Of a stretch of 59,234 bases of DNA, positions 18,023 through 27,374 are shown piece by piece. The stretch is from assembly GCA_034436235.1 (NCBI GenBank), contig DAOTWB010000263.1, positions 1 through 59,234 of the forward strand, read 5' to 3'. Origin of the DNA: Anaerolineae bacterium. Its GTDB lineage: Bacteria; Chloroflexota; Anaerolineae; Aggregatilineales; UBA2796. The translations under genes were made by a program, and so were the position numbers. The notes under the pieces were generated by a model. It saw nothing but the letters and a program-made list of their open reading frames with translations. It did no database searches and was not told the DNA's origin. Positions within the stretch are counted from its first letter, which is position 1; each line of letters opens with the position of its first letter.

Positions 18023-18559
18023 TCACTCGCGTTCCCATGCTTCGCGCAATTTTTGCAACGCTGAGCGCATTCGCGTCTTGACTGTGCCGAGCGGAATGCC
18101 GAGATATTCGGCGATCTCTGCCTGCGTCATGCCGCCATAATAGCTGAGCGCGATCACTTGCACTTGCTCAGCAGGCAGGCGCTCGATCATGGCGCGCACA
18201 TTTTCAGCGCGGTCGCGATCAGCCCATGCTTCAAGGAATGCCATAGCAGGTTGCATTTCGTCGCTTAGCAGCTCCTCTGAGACTGTGACGCGCCGCGCCG
18301 CTTGCCGCAGCCGATCAATTGCCATGTTGCGCGCAATGCGCGCCAGCCATGTGGCAAACGCGCCGCGCTCAGCATCGTACTGATCAATACGTTGCCAAAC
18401 GCGCAAAAAGACGTCTTGCATGCATTCTTCTGCGCTCGTCGGATCGTCCAACACACGATAGGCGATGCTATACACAAGATCAGCGTAGCGCTGATACAAT
18501 TGCAGCATTGCCTCTTGATTGCGCCGCTTGATCTCAGTTATGAGCTGCTTATCATCCAT
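18023..18559 (-). CDS. ECF RNA polymerase sigma factor (SigK-like)
   Basis: AEECMQDVFLRVW, WLARIARNMAIDRLR, YYGGMTQAEIAEYLGIPLGTVKTRMR. Confidence 0.93.
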   Translation of the reverse strand: MDDKQLITEIKRRNQEAMLQLYQRYADLVYSIAYRVLDDPTSAEECMQDVFLRVWQRIDQYDAERGAFATWLARIARNMAIDRLRQAARRVTVSEELLSDEMQPAMAFLEAWADRDRAENVRAMIERLPAEQVQVIALSYYGGMTQAEIAEYLGIPLGTVKTRMRSALQKLREAWERE

Positions 18560-18650
18560 AGCTGACCTTGCCGTGCAGCGCCTTTCTCGAAGTCCGCGTG
18601 AAGATACTCAACCTCGGCGCTTTTCGCAAACCTAGAACTATGGCAGCCTT

Positions 18651-18678
18651 GCAATCCATACGCTGCTTTGCGCACGTA
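18651..18678 (+). promoter_or_regulatory. Putative ECF-sigma promoter for the ferritin-like gene
   Basis: GCAATCC (18651-18657), 17 nt, CGTA (18675-18678), resembling the ATCC...CG(T/A)A promoters of SigK-type ECFs. Confidence 0.5.
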
Positions 18679-18745
18679 TAGATTGGTAGTTGCAGGCAAC
18701 GGCACTGCGACGCTTTATCCGTTAAGCTCTGAAGGAAGGTCTGAA

Positions 18746-19480
18746 ATGTCCAACATGTCGCGTCGTAACTTTCTGAAAGGCAGCGCTGTGATCGCAGCCG
18801 CTGCGACGGTCGGCTTTCATGGCGTGTTCGGCGTACGCCGCTCGCTGGCTCAGATGAAAGATGACGATCTGCAAACGGTCTTGAATCTGGCTGCTACAGC
18901 TGAGACGCTCGCCACAACGCACTACTACATGGCGCTGACCACTGGCGTCATCGCCTTCAGCGACTTCGAGAAGAAGTATCTGCGCGCCTCGCTTGAGTCC
19001 GAGCAAATTCACCTCGATTATCTGCTCGCCAATGGCGCCAAAGCGCTGACCAACGAGTTTTATTTCCCAGATGGCGTCTTCGAGAACAAGGCGACCTTAG
19101 CCGCCATCACAGAAGTGGCAGAGAACGCTTTCATCGGCGCATACTTGGCTGCCACGCGCATTTTCGCCGCTGCGCAGCAGCCGCTCTTGGCGATGGTTGC
19201 GGCGCAAGTGGCAGGCGTGGAAGCGCAGCATCTCGCCTTCATGCGCAGCCTTGGCGATCAGACGCCGCCGAACAACATCGCGCTGCTCGAGCCGCTTTTC
19301 TTCAACGTTTCGGATGCCGTGCCGACGCTCACGCCGTTCCTCGAAGGCAAGACGCAAGGCTTCGATGACATCGCAACTGCCTATCCAGGTCGCGAGAAGG
19401 TGATGGAAGTGGTCGGCATGAGCGTGCTGAAGCCTGTCCTGCCTGCCACTGATCCCGATGCCTTCAAAGGCATGATGTAA
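18746..19480 (+). CDS. Tat-exported ferritin-like domain protein (Ferritin_2 / desiccation-related type)
   Basis: SRRNFLK twin-arginine signal; diiron-type motifs ETLATTHY, ESEQIH, ENAFIGAY, VEAQH. ATG at 18746 after GAAGGAAGG. Confidence 0.82.
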   Translation: MSNMSRRNFLKGSAVIAAAATVGFHGVFGVRRSLAQMKDDDLQTVLNLAATAETLATTHYYMALTTGVIAFSDFEKKYLRASLESEQIHLDYLLANGAKALTNEFYFPDGVFENKATLAAITEVAENAFIGAYLAATRIFAAAQQPLLAMVAAQVAGVEAQHLAFMRSLGDQTPPNNIALLEPLFFNVSDAVPTLTPFLEGKTQGFDDIATAYPGREKVMEVVGMSVLKPVLPATDPDAFKGMM

Positions 19481-19496
19481 GCTGTTTTTTGCGCGT

Positions 19497-19527
19497 CAGG
19501 GCGTCTGCACAAGACGCCCTGTTTTTT
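19497..19527 (+). terminator. Intrinsic terminator
   Basis: CAGGGCGTCT-GCACA-AGACGCCCTG-TTTTTT after the ferritin-like gene. Confidence 0.85.
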
Positions 19528-19535
19528 ACATCATC

Positions 19536-19568
19536 GCAATTGCGCCGCGCTATCGAACGCGCTATCAT
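19536..19568 (+). repeat. Left copy of a 33-bp imperfect direct repeat that forms a sigma70-like promoter
   Basis: GCAATTGCGCCGCGCTATCGAACGCGCTATCAT; 26/33 identical to 21149-21181; TTGCGC-17-TATCAT. Confidence 0.75.
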
Positions 19569-19599
19569 AGCGCAAACCCTTCGAACGATTCAGCGCGTG

Positions 19600-20607
19600 A
19601 TGCAACTACCTTATCTCAACCAAGTCTTGTGTGGCGATAGCGCGTGCTTGCTCCGCGAATTGCCAAGTGACAGCGTAGACTTGGTCATCACATCGCCGCC
19701 TTATTACAAGCAGCGCGACTACGGCAGCGGAATCGGCAATGAGGCGACGCCGCAAGCCTATCTCGAGTCGTTGTTGAGCATTTTTGGCGAGTGCGTGCGC
19801 ATCATCAAGCCAACAGGCAGCTTGGTTTTCAACTTAGGCGATAAGTATGAAGCGAGTAGCCTATTGCTGATGCCTTATCGCTTCGCCATTGCTGCTACAG
19901 AGCGCTTTCCTGTCAAACTGGTCAACAACGTCACCTGGGTCAAGTTGAATCCAACGCCGCGCCAATTCCAGCGCCGCTTGGTGAGCAGCACAGAGCCTTT
20001 TTTTCACTTTGTGAAGAGCGAACAATACCAGTACTTCCCAGAGTCTTTTCTCTCTGATGAAACAGCTGATGCCGATGTTGATCGCGACCATCGGCATGTT
20101 GGTCAGCGTTATTTCAGCCTGATCGCACAATCCGCTCTGAGCGAAGAACAGAAAGCTATGGCACGCACTGCGCTTGAAGCAGTCATTCAGGAAGTCCAGA
20201 GCGGTCTTATTCAAGGCTTTCGTATGAAAATTCGCGGCATTCACGCCGAGCCGTTCGGTGGACAAGAAGGCGGACGTAAAACTCAGTTGGCGCGCAACGG
20301 CTTCACAATCATCCGCATTCACGGCAATCGCCTGAAGCGCGATGTGATCACCACGCCCGTTGAGTCGACCAAAGGCAATCCACATCCTGCCAGCTATCCC
20401 GTCAAAATAGTTGAGGAATTCATTCGCTTGCTCACGCAGCCTAAAGATGTTGTACTTGATCCTTTTGCAGGCGCTGGCACCACAGCTATCGCAGCCTTAA
20501 AAACTGATCGCCAGTATATCTGTTTCGACATTAACGAAGCGTACTGCGCCTATGCGCGTGAGCGAATCCAAAATTTCACCTTCACGCGCAGTTTGTTCTG
20601 GCAATGA
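19600..20607 (+). CDS. Beta-class amino DNA methyltransferase, probably N4-cytosine
   Basis: Motif IV (VDLVITSPPY) precedes motif I (VLDPFAGAGTT); HPASYP motif. ATG at 19600; lower GC than the flanks. Confidence 0.9.
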   Translation: MQLPYLNQVLCGDSACLLRELPSDSVDLVITSPPYYKQRDYGSGIGNEATPQAYLESLLSIFGECVRIIKPTGSLVFNLGDKYEASSLLLMPYRFAIAATERFPVKLVNNVTWVKLNPTPRQFQRRLVSSTEPFFHFVKSEQYQYFPESFLSDETADADVDRDHRHVGQRYFSLIAQSALSEEQKAMARTALEAVIQEVQSGLIQGFRMKIRGIHAEPFGGQEGGRKTQLARNGFTIIRIHGNRLKRDVITTPVESTKGNPHPASYPVKIVEEFIRLLTQPKDVVLDPFAGAGTTAIAALKTDRQYICFDINEAYCAYARERIQNFTFTRSLFWQ

Positions 20608-21148
20608 CCTACAACTCTGAAACTATTCTCTCAAACGTCTATCAAGATGCACAGAGCCAACCGTCGCATCAGAGCTTGCCTTCAGAGCTGACTGCCTTGC
20701 TTCAAACGATGGCAGAAAGCGCCGAGAGTCAAAAAGCAGCTCTTGGCGCGCTCATCACAGTGCTGGCTTATAAAATCTGTCATCCTGAGCAAGATATTCG
20801 CTATCATCAAGAGCAAATGCTGAATGGCTACTCAGCGCGCACTTTCGATACCAAATACGTTACGCCGCTTGTGAAAGTATATTTTCCGCGTTACGCAATG
20901 CGTGAAAGCGCTTGGTTAACGCGCTCAATTGAGAAGATACTGAGCGAACTGTTAATAAAATCTCCGCGTTTCAAGCGCAATACGGCTGTCAATTCATTGT
21001 GAACGGCATTTTGCCTTCGCTCAAGTACTACCTGCGCCTTGTCTCCGATCCAAGCCAGTGGATGCTGAATTACTCCAAACTTGTCAGCGCCGATCCTGCA
21101 CTCAAGAGCGCTCATCGCAGCGCATGGTCAAGATTGCTTGAAGGCTAG
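20604..21148 (+). pseudogene. Probable Type II restriction endonuclease remnant with internal deletion and frameshift
   Basis: ATGA overlap with the MTase stop. N-terminal part ...YKICHPEQDIRYHQ...GYSARTFDTKYVTP...ESAWLTRSIE. A second frame is open 20933-21148 (EDTERTVNKISAFQAQYGCQFIVNGILPSLKYYLRLVSDP...HRSAWSRLLEG*). Together about 180 aa, with no obvious nuclease core. Confidence 0.7.
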
Positions 21149-21181
21149 GCAATTGCGCCGTGCTGCGCAACGCGCCATAAT
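21149..21181 (+). repeat. Right copy of the 33-bp direct repeat; likely promoter of the aminopeptidase gene
   Basis: GCAATTGCGCCGTGCTGCGCAACGCGCCATAAT starts at the base after the TAG of the endonuclease remnant; TTGCGC-17-CATAAT. Confidence 0.75.
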
Positions 21182-21221
21182 GGACGCGCTATGAAAAATT
21201 CCTCTTTGAAAGGCGTGCGCA

Positions 21222-22325
21222 ATGGATTCTCGTGTTCAGAAAATGGCAAGCGTCCTCGTCAATTACGCCACGCGCATTCAGCACGGCGAGCGTGTACTGT
21301 TTCGCGGCACATCGCCGCTGGCACAGCCGCTGATGCAAGCGCTGACGGCTGAAGCGCTGAAAGTCGGCGGCATTCCGTTCAACTATCTGCACATGAGCGG
21401 CGAAAATCGGATTGTCGCTGCGCATGGCACGCCTGAGCAGATCGCTGCTGTCAATCCGATGCTCAAGCTGATGTACGAGACAGCCGATGTGATCATCCGC
21501 ATTGAAGCTGCCGATGACACAGCTGAGCTGAGCGATTTTCCCGCTGAGATCGTCCAGGCGCGGATGCGCGCCTATGGCGAGCTGCTCGATATCCAAATGG
21601 AACGCGAAGCGAGCGGCGCGTTGCGCCGTTGCACCACGCTCTTTCCGACGCCTGCCTACGCGCGCGACGCCAATATGACGTTCGAAGCAAACGAAGCGTT
21701 CGTCTACCGCGCATGCCTGCTCGATCAGGACGATCCAATTGCCGGCTGGCTGAAACTTGAAGCTGAGCAGCAACGCCTGATCGATTTTTTGAGCGGCAAG
21801 CAGCGCCTGCACGTCAAAGGCGAGCATATTGACCTGCAGATGAGCCTTGCAGGACGCCGTTGGATGAATGCCAGCGGACGGATCAACTTCCCTGATGGCG
21901 AGATTTTCACAGCGCCTGTGGAAGATAGCGTCAACGGCTGGGTGCGTTTCACCTATCCCGCTTTTTACAATGGCGGCGTGGTGCGCGGCGCGATGCTGCG
22001 CTTTGAGGACGGCGTCATCGTGCAAGCGACCGCGCAAGAAGGCGAGGCGTTTTTGAACGCCGTCCTCGATACCGACTCAGGCGCGCGGCGCTTGGGCGAG
22101 TTCGCCATCGGCACCAATCGCGGCATAGATCGCTTCACAGGTCACATCTTATTCGATGAAAAAATTCACGGCACAGTCCACATGGCAGTCGGACGCGCCT
22201 ATCCACAGACAGGCGGCGTGAATCAATCGCGCATTCACTGGGATATGATCTGCGATATGCGCAGCGGCGGACAAATCTTCGCCGATGACGTTTTGTTCTA
22301 TCAAAATGGCGAATTCCTGATCTGA
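21222..22325 (+). CDS. Aminopeptidase, M29 family (AmpS/aminopeptidase T type)
   Basis: NFPDGEIFTAP, LGEFAIGTN, ILFDEKIHGTVHMAVG, SRIHWDMI. Confidence 0.92.
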   Translation: MDSRVQKMASVLVNYATRIQHGERVLFRGTSPLAQPLMQALTAEALKVGGIPFNYLHMSGENRIVAAHGTPEQIAAVNPMLKLMYETADVIIRIEAADDTAELSDFPAEIVQARMRAYGELLDIQMEREASGALRRCTTLFPTPAYARDANMTFEANEAFVYRACLLDQDDPIAGWLKLEAEQQRLIDFLSGKQRLHVKGEHIDLQMSLAGRRWMNASGRINFPDGEIFTAPVEDSVNGWVRFTYPAFYNGGVVRGAMLRFEDGVIVQATAQEGEAFLNAVLDTDSGARRLGEFAIGTNRGIDRFTGHILFDEKIHGTVHMAVGRAYPQTGGVNQSRIHWDMICDMRSGGQIFADDVLFYQNGEFLI

Positions 22326-22334
22326 AGGTGCGCA

Positions 22335-24257
22335 ATGTCCTCAGCCAATGTGCGCTACTATGGCATGCCTGAGGCGCCGCCGCCGCTTGTGCCGCTGCGC
22401 GCCGGCGACCTGAGCATGTTCTACCAGCATGGCGACCTGCGCCGCATTTATTTTGGCGAGCGCGAAGTGATACAGCGCATTTACGTGGCAGTCCGCGATG
22501 AGCATTGGAACACAATTCCGTTTAGCGTGAGCGACCTGCAACTTGAGCGCGCTGAACGCGCCTTCCGCCTGACTTTCACAGCGCGCCATGCGCACGGCGC
22601 GATCAATTTCCGCTGGCAGGCACAGATCATCGGCATGGCGGATAGTACTGTGCGCTTCAGCATGGCAGGCGAAGCGCTGAGCGCCTTTCGGCGCAATCGG
22701 ATAGGCTTCTGCGTCCTGCATCCTGCGCAGACGTGCGCCGATCTGCCCGTCCGCATTGAGACGCCTGACGGCGCGCACTACGAGAGCCGTTTTCCGCGCC
22801 TGATCGCGCCTGAGCAGCCGTTCACGAATGTGCGCGCCATGTCATACCAGATCGGCGATGCACAGGTCTCGCTGCACTTTGACGGCGACATCTTCGAGAC
22901 CGAAGATCAGCGCAATTGGTCGGATGCATCTTTCAAGACGTATTGCACACCGCTCGCCTTGCCACGACCAGCCGATGTGCCGCTCGGCGCGCAAGTGCAG
23001 CAAGCTGTGACGCTTCACGTCAGCGGTCAGCCGAGCGAGCCGCTCACCAGCGCGCCGCTCAGCGCCTTGCACATTGGCGAGTTTGTGCGTCGCCTGCCGC
23101 AGATCGGCTTGAGCGTCGCCAAGCATGGCGCTGCGCTCTCGCCGCGCCAAATTGAGCGCCTGCGCACGCTCCACCTTGCGCACTTGCGCGTTGATTTGAA
23201 GCTCGGCGCGCAGAATTGGCGTCAGGCGTTGCGGCGCGCCGCGCTTGAGGCAAAAGCGTTGGCTGCGCCGCTTGAGATCGCGCTTTACTGCACAGCGGAC
23301 GCTGAAGCTGAGCTGCGCACGCTGGCTGCCGCGCTGCCTGAGTCGGCGGCGCCTGTGCTGCGCGTGCTTGTCTTCGACGCGCAGCAGTTTGTGACGCCGC
23401 CGTCGCTGCTCACGCTTGCGCGCCGCGTTTTGGCGAACGAAGTGCCGAGCGCGTCGTTCCTAGCAGGCTCTTGCGCGCAGTTCACAGAACTCAACATGAG
23501 TCGCTACAGCTATCCTGAAGCTGACGGCATCGTCTATGCGCTCAATCCACAAGTTCACGCTGACGATCACCTCAGTCTGATGGAAAACCTAGCGGCACAA
23601 CCTGATACGGTCGCGACGGCGCGCCATTTTGCGCCTGATAAGACGCTGCACATCAGTCCGATCACGCTCAAGCCGCGCTTCAATCCTGCCGCCGTGAGCG
23701 AGGAAGCGCCGCTGAGCGCTGACGCTCTGCCGCCGCAAGTCGATCCGCGTCAGACGGCGTTGATCGGTGCGGCGTGGACGCTCGGCAGCTTGGCGGCGCT
23801 GTGCCTGACGCCTGTTCACAGCCTGACTTATTACGAGACGAGCGGCTGGCTAGGCGTCTTGGAGCGCGAAGGCATTGCGCCACACGCGCGTTTTCCGTCG
23901 CTGATGGGCGCCGTCTTTCCGCTCTACCACGTCTTCGCCGATGTAGGCGAATTTGCGGCGGCTGAGGTCGCGCCGCTGCACGGTCACGCGCCTGAGATAG
24001 CTGGTCTGGCGCTGCGCGAAGCAGATCGGACGCGCGTGCTGCTCGCCAATTTGAGCGCTGTGCCGCAATTGGTGCGCTTGGCGGTCAGCGGCGCGTACAT
24101 GCTGCGCATCTTGGATGAACAGAGCGTTCTGCAGGCGATGCTGCAGCCTGAGGCGTTCCGCGCCACAGGCGCGCTGCACACAGCGACAGACGACGGACTC
24201 GGTTTGAGCTTGCCGCCTTACGCGGTCGCCACACTTGACTCGGTCAAAGCGGATTAG
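22335..24257 (+). CDS. D-apionate lactonase (ApnL)-like protein
   Basis: YG...P...LRAGDLS...GDLRRI....EVIQRIYVAVRDEHWNT, RNRIGFCVLHP, FETEDQRNWSDASFKTY, FTELN, PQVHA.D..SLMENL. Recognised from recalled ApnL motifs. Confidence 0.6.
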   Translation: MSSANVRYYGMPEAPPPLVPLRAGDLSMFYQHGDLRRIYFGEREVIQRIYVAVRDEHWNTIPFSVSDLQLERAERAFRLTFTARHAHGAINFRWQAQIIGMADSTVRFSMAGEALSAFRRNRIGFCVLHPAQTCADLPVRIETPDGAHYESRFPRLIAPEQPFTNVRAMSYQIGDAQVSLHFDGDIFETEDQRNWSDASFKTYCTPLALPRPADVPLGAQVQQAVTLHVSGQPSEPLTSAPLSALHIGEFVRRLPQIGLSVAKHGAALSPRQIERLRTLHLAHLRVDLKLGAQNWRQALRRAALEAKALAAPLEIALYCTADAEAELRTLAAALPESAAPVLRVLVFDAQQFVTPPSLLTLARRVLANEVPSASFLAGSCAQFTELNMSRYSYPEADGIVYALNPQVHADDHLSLMENLAAQPDTVATARHFAPDKTLHISPITLKPRFNPAAVSEEAPLSADALPPQVDPRQTALIGAAWTLGSLAALCLTPVHSLTYYETSGWLGVLEREGIAPHARFPSLMGAVFPLYHVFADVGEFAAAEVAPLHGHAPEIAGLALREADRTRVLLANLSAVPQLVRLAVSGAYMLRILDEQSVLQAMLQPEAFRATGALHTATDDGLGLSLPPYAVATLDSVKAD

Positions 24258-24544
24258 AGGCGGTCGCGCTTGGCTCTGACTCTGATCAGGCGGTCGGGCT
24301 GCTTGCGTATCCAAGCCAGATAGCGCTGAATGTCTTGGTCTTGCCGCAACGCTTCAATAGTGCATTTTTGACGGGCGAGCGTGCGATTGGTGAAGAATTT
24401 GTGAAGCGTGGTGTGGCAAGCTTGGCACAGCGCGACGGTCTGGACGCCGCCTTCGGATTTCGGCACGAGATGGTGGCGACTCAGGCGGCTGACCTGCCTA
24501 CCGCACAATGCACAGGTCGAGTCGAGCGAATGTTCTTTGGACAT
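24254..24544 (-). CDS. Small HNH endonuclease family protein
   Basis: CALCGR...HHLVPKSEGG....LCQACHTTLH; stop codon overlaps the convergent gene's stop. Confidence 0.8.
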   Translation of the reverse strand: MSKEHSLDSTCALCGRQVSRLSRHHLVPKSEGGVQTVALCQACHTTLHKFFTNRTLARQKCTIEALRQDQDIQRYLAWIRKQPDRLIRVRAKRDRL

Positions 24545-24774
24545 GGCGCTTATCCTAGTCGAGATTATAGCACGCCATCGCGCCTGAGATCAGCGCCAAG
24601 CGCTGTGACGCCTGCATTGAGAACGACGACAGCCTTTCTGAGCGGATTAGCGGTAATGCTCACGATCAGGTATTTCAAAGCGCATTGAGCAGCCGAGCAA
24701 TTCGCTGTTCACGCGGTGCAGAGTGCGCTACAATCGCTACTATCTATGAGCGTTTAGTGAAGCGAGTGACGACA

Positions 24775-25992
24775 ATGGATTTTTCGCTCTCTGAAGAACA
24801 TCTGATGGCGCAGCGCATGGTGCGCGAGTTCGCTCAAAAGGAAGTCTATCCGACCATTAAAGAGTGGGATCGCAAGCAGGAGATGAATCCAGCTGTGTTG
24901 CCGCGCATGGCGGAGCTGGGCATTTTGGGCATTTGCATCCCAGTGCGTTACGGCGGGCAAGGTTACGATTACATCACGCTCGGTCTGGTTTGCGAGGAAT
25001 TGGAGCGCGTGGATAGCACGTTGCGCGTGGTGATGTCCGTCCACATGGGCTTGAACAGCTTGGCGCTGCTGCAGTGGGGAACGGAAGCGCAGAAGCAGAA
25101 GTTTCTTGTGCCGCAAGCGCGCGGCGAGAAATATGGCGCTTTCGGCTTGACTGAATCAGGCGCGGGCAGCGATGTCGTCTCGATGCAGGCGACTGCCAAA
25201 CGGCACGGCGATGTCTACGTGCTGAACGGCGAGAAAATGTGGATCAGCCTTGCCACGAAGGCGCACAACTTCCTCGTGGTCGCCAAGACCGATCCGAGCG
25301 CAGGGCATCGCGGCTTGACGGCGTTCATCGTCGAGCGCGATATGAAAGGCGTCACCACAGGCGATATTCACGGCAAGCTCGGCGTGCGCGCAGGCTCAAC
25401 CGGCTGGATCGCTATGCAGGACGTGGAAGTGCCTGTGGAAAATCGGCTTGGCGAGGAAGGCGAAGGCTTCTACATCGCCATGAGCTGCCTTGATAATGGA
25501 CGCTACACAGTGGCAGCCGGCGCCACAGGGCTGATTCGCGCCTGCTTGGAAGATAGCATCAAATACGCGCACGAGCGTAAGACTTTCGGCAAGCCAATTG
25601 GCGAGCATCAGCTGATCAAACAGAAGATCGCTTACATGCAGCAATGGTACGATGCAGCGCGGCTGATGGTGCTGCACGTCGGCTGGCTGAAGAACATGGG
25701 CATGCGCAACACGCGCGAGACGAGCATGGCGAAATGGTTCGCTACTGATCACAGTGTGAAGGCGGCGCTTGAGGCGATCCAAATTCACGGCGCATACGGC
25801 TTCAGCGATGAATATGACGTGGAGCGCTATCTGCGCAACAGCAAAGGCGCAGTGATTTACGAAGGCACGAGCGAGATTCATCAGCTGATGCAGGCGGATT
25901 ACGCGCTCGGCTATCGGCATGATCGTCCGTTGCGTTGCGAGATGCCTGCTTACGATGCCGCTTACTGGCAGGCGGAAGCGGTCAACGCTTGA
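24775..25992 (+). CDS. Acyl-CoA dehydrogenase
   Basis: MDFSLSEEH start (ATG 24775), [37 protein letters not shown]. Confidence 0.93.
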   Translation: MDFSLSEEHLMAQRMVREFAQKEVYPTIKEWDRKQEMNPAVLPRMAELGILGICIPVRYGGQGYDYITLGLVCEELERVDSTLRVVMSVHMGLNSLALLQWGTEAQKQKFLVPQARGEKYGAFGLTESGAGSDVVSMQATAKRHGDVYVLNGEKMWISLATKAHNFLVVAKTDPSAGHRGLTAFIVERDMKGVTTGDIHGKLGVRAGSTGWIAMQDVEVPVENRLGEEGEGFYIAMSCLDNGRYTVAAGATGLIRACLEDSIKYAHERKTFGKPIGEHQLIKQKIAYMQQWYDAARLMVLHVGWLKNMGMRNTRETSMAKWFATDHSVKAALEAIQIHGAYGFSDEYDVERYLRNSKGAVIYEGTSEIHQLMQADYALGYRHDRPLRCEMPAYDAAYWQAEAVNA

Positions 25993-25998
25993 GGAAGA

Positions 25999-26026
25999 CA
26001 GAGGACGCCGTTTTGGGCGTCCTCTG
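25999..26026. terminator. Hairpin between convergent genes (probable terminator)
   Basis: CAGAGGACGCC-GTTTTG-GGCGTCCTCTG, 11-bp stem. Confidence 0.7.
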
Positions 26027-26039
26027 CATAATTGTATTA

Positions 26040-27167
26040 TCAATCGGCGGAAGGCTCGGGCAAGGTTGAGCCTTGCAACGTGCGCTGTGCGTGCGGCTCG
26101 CCCAAGATGAACGCTTCGGTCATGGCGTGCGCGTCGTCGTCAGGATGCTGCACAGGCGGCGACTTCATGAAGTACGCCGAAGGCGCTTCGAGCGTGCCGC
26201 GCAAGCCGCGATCCAAGCCGAGCTTAGCGCAGCGCACAGCGTCAATCACTACGCCTGCGCTGTTGGGACTATCCCAAACTTCCAGTTTCAGCTCCAGCGT
26301 GAGCGGCACATCGCCAAAAGTGCGCCCTTCAATGCGAATGTGCGCCCATTTGCGGTCGGTCAGCCATGGCACGTAGTCCGATGGACCGACGTGGACATTT
26401 TCCTTGCCCAGATCGTAAGGCAACTGGCTGGTGACGGCGTTGGTCTTGCTGATCTTCTTGCTCTCAAGGCGCGAGCGCTCTAGCATGTTGTAGAAATCCA
26501 TGTTGCCGCCAACGTTCAGCTGACTGGTGCGCTCGACGATCACGCCGCGCTCGCGAAACAAGTTGATCAGCTGGCGATGCACGATGGTCGCGCCGACCTG
26601 CGATTTGATGTCATCGCCGATGAGCAGCAAGCCGCGCTCGGCGAAGCGCTGCTGCCATTCAGGCTCGCGCGCGATGAAGACAGGGATGCAGTTGACGAAG
26701 GCGCAGCCTGCTTCCAACGCTGCTTCAGCGTAAAAGCGCGTGGCGCGTTCGCTGCCAACGGGCAGGTAGTTCACCACGACGTCAGTTTGCGTCTCGCGCA
26801 GGATGCGGACGATATCGGCAGGCGGCTCAGGCGATTCGCTGATCTTGCTGCTGAGATAAATGCCGAGACCGTCTAGCGTGTGTCCGCGCGCCACGCGCAC
26901 GCCGAGCGGCGGCACATCGCTGAACTTGATCGTGTTGTTCTGACCGCTGAAAATTGCCTCGCTCAGGTCTTTGCCGACTTTCTGGGCGTCCACATCGAAG
27001 GCGGCAGAGAATTCAATATCGCGGATGTGATAGCCGCCGAGGACGATGTGCATCAAGCCTGGGATCAGGCTGTTCGGCTCGGCATCGCGATAGTATTGTA
27101 CGCCTTGCACCAGTGAAGAAGCACAATTGCCGACACCTACAATTGCGACACGGACTTTGTTAGACAC
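26040..27167 (-). CDS. ino1: myo-inositol-1-phosphate synthase
   Basis: [55 protein letters not shown] start at 27167 with AAGGAG SD. Confidence 0.93.
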   Translation of the reverse strand: MSNKVRVAIVGVGNCASSLVQGVQYYRDAEPNSLIPGLMHIVLGGYHIRDIEFSAAFDVDAQKVGKDLSEAIFSGQNNTIKFSDVPPLGVRVARGHTLDGLGIYLSSKISESPEPPADIVRILRETQTDVVVNYLPVGSERATRFYAEAALEAGCAFVNCIPVFIAREPEWQQRFAERGLLLIGDDIKSQVGATIVHRQLINLFRERGVIVERTSQLNVGGNMDFYNMLERSRLESKKISKTNAVTSQLPYDLGKENVHVGPSDYVPWLTDRKWAHIRIEGRTFGDVPLTLELKLEVWDSPNSAGVVIDAVRCAKLGLDRGLRGTLEAPSAYFMKSPPVQHPDDDAHAMTEAFILGEPHAQRTLQGSTLPEPSAD

Positions 27168-27374
27168 GGTATAGCGACTCCTTTGCGGCATCCACGCGGC
27201 AAGCGCGGATGGCGTGCGTAACAGATTGCGCAGAGTTTGCATTTTGGGCAGCGGCGTTGAGGCGCTGTCGTCTGGCACAGCGACGTGCTGCACCTAGAAT
27301 GGCTCTGATGCATTAAGGTTCGCAAATTTTACCACATTTGGCGAGCGCTAGGTCAGAGCTTTCTGAGAGCGCCG

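Noticed and set aside
24254..24544. HNH gene as a mobile homing endonuclease or the partner nuclease of the MTase
   Set aside because: It is a small stand-alone HNH protein with host-like composition, no intron or flanking repeats, and lies 3.6 kb from the MTase.
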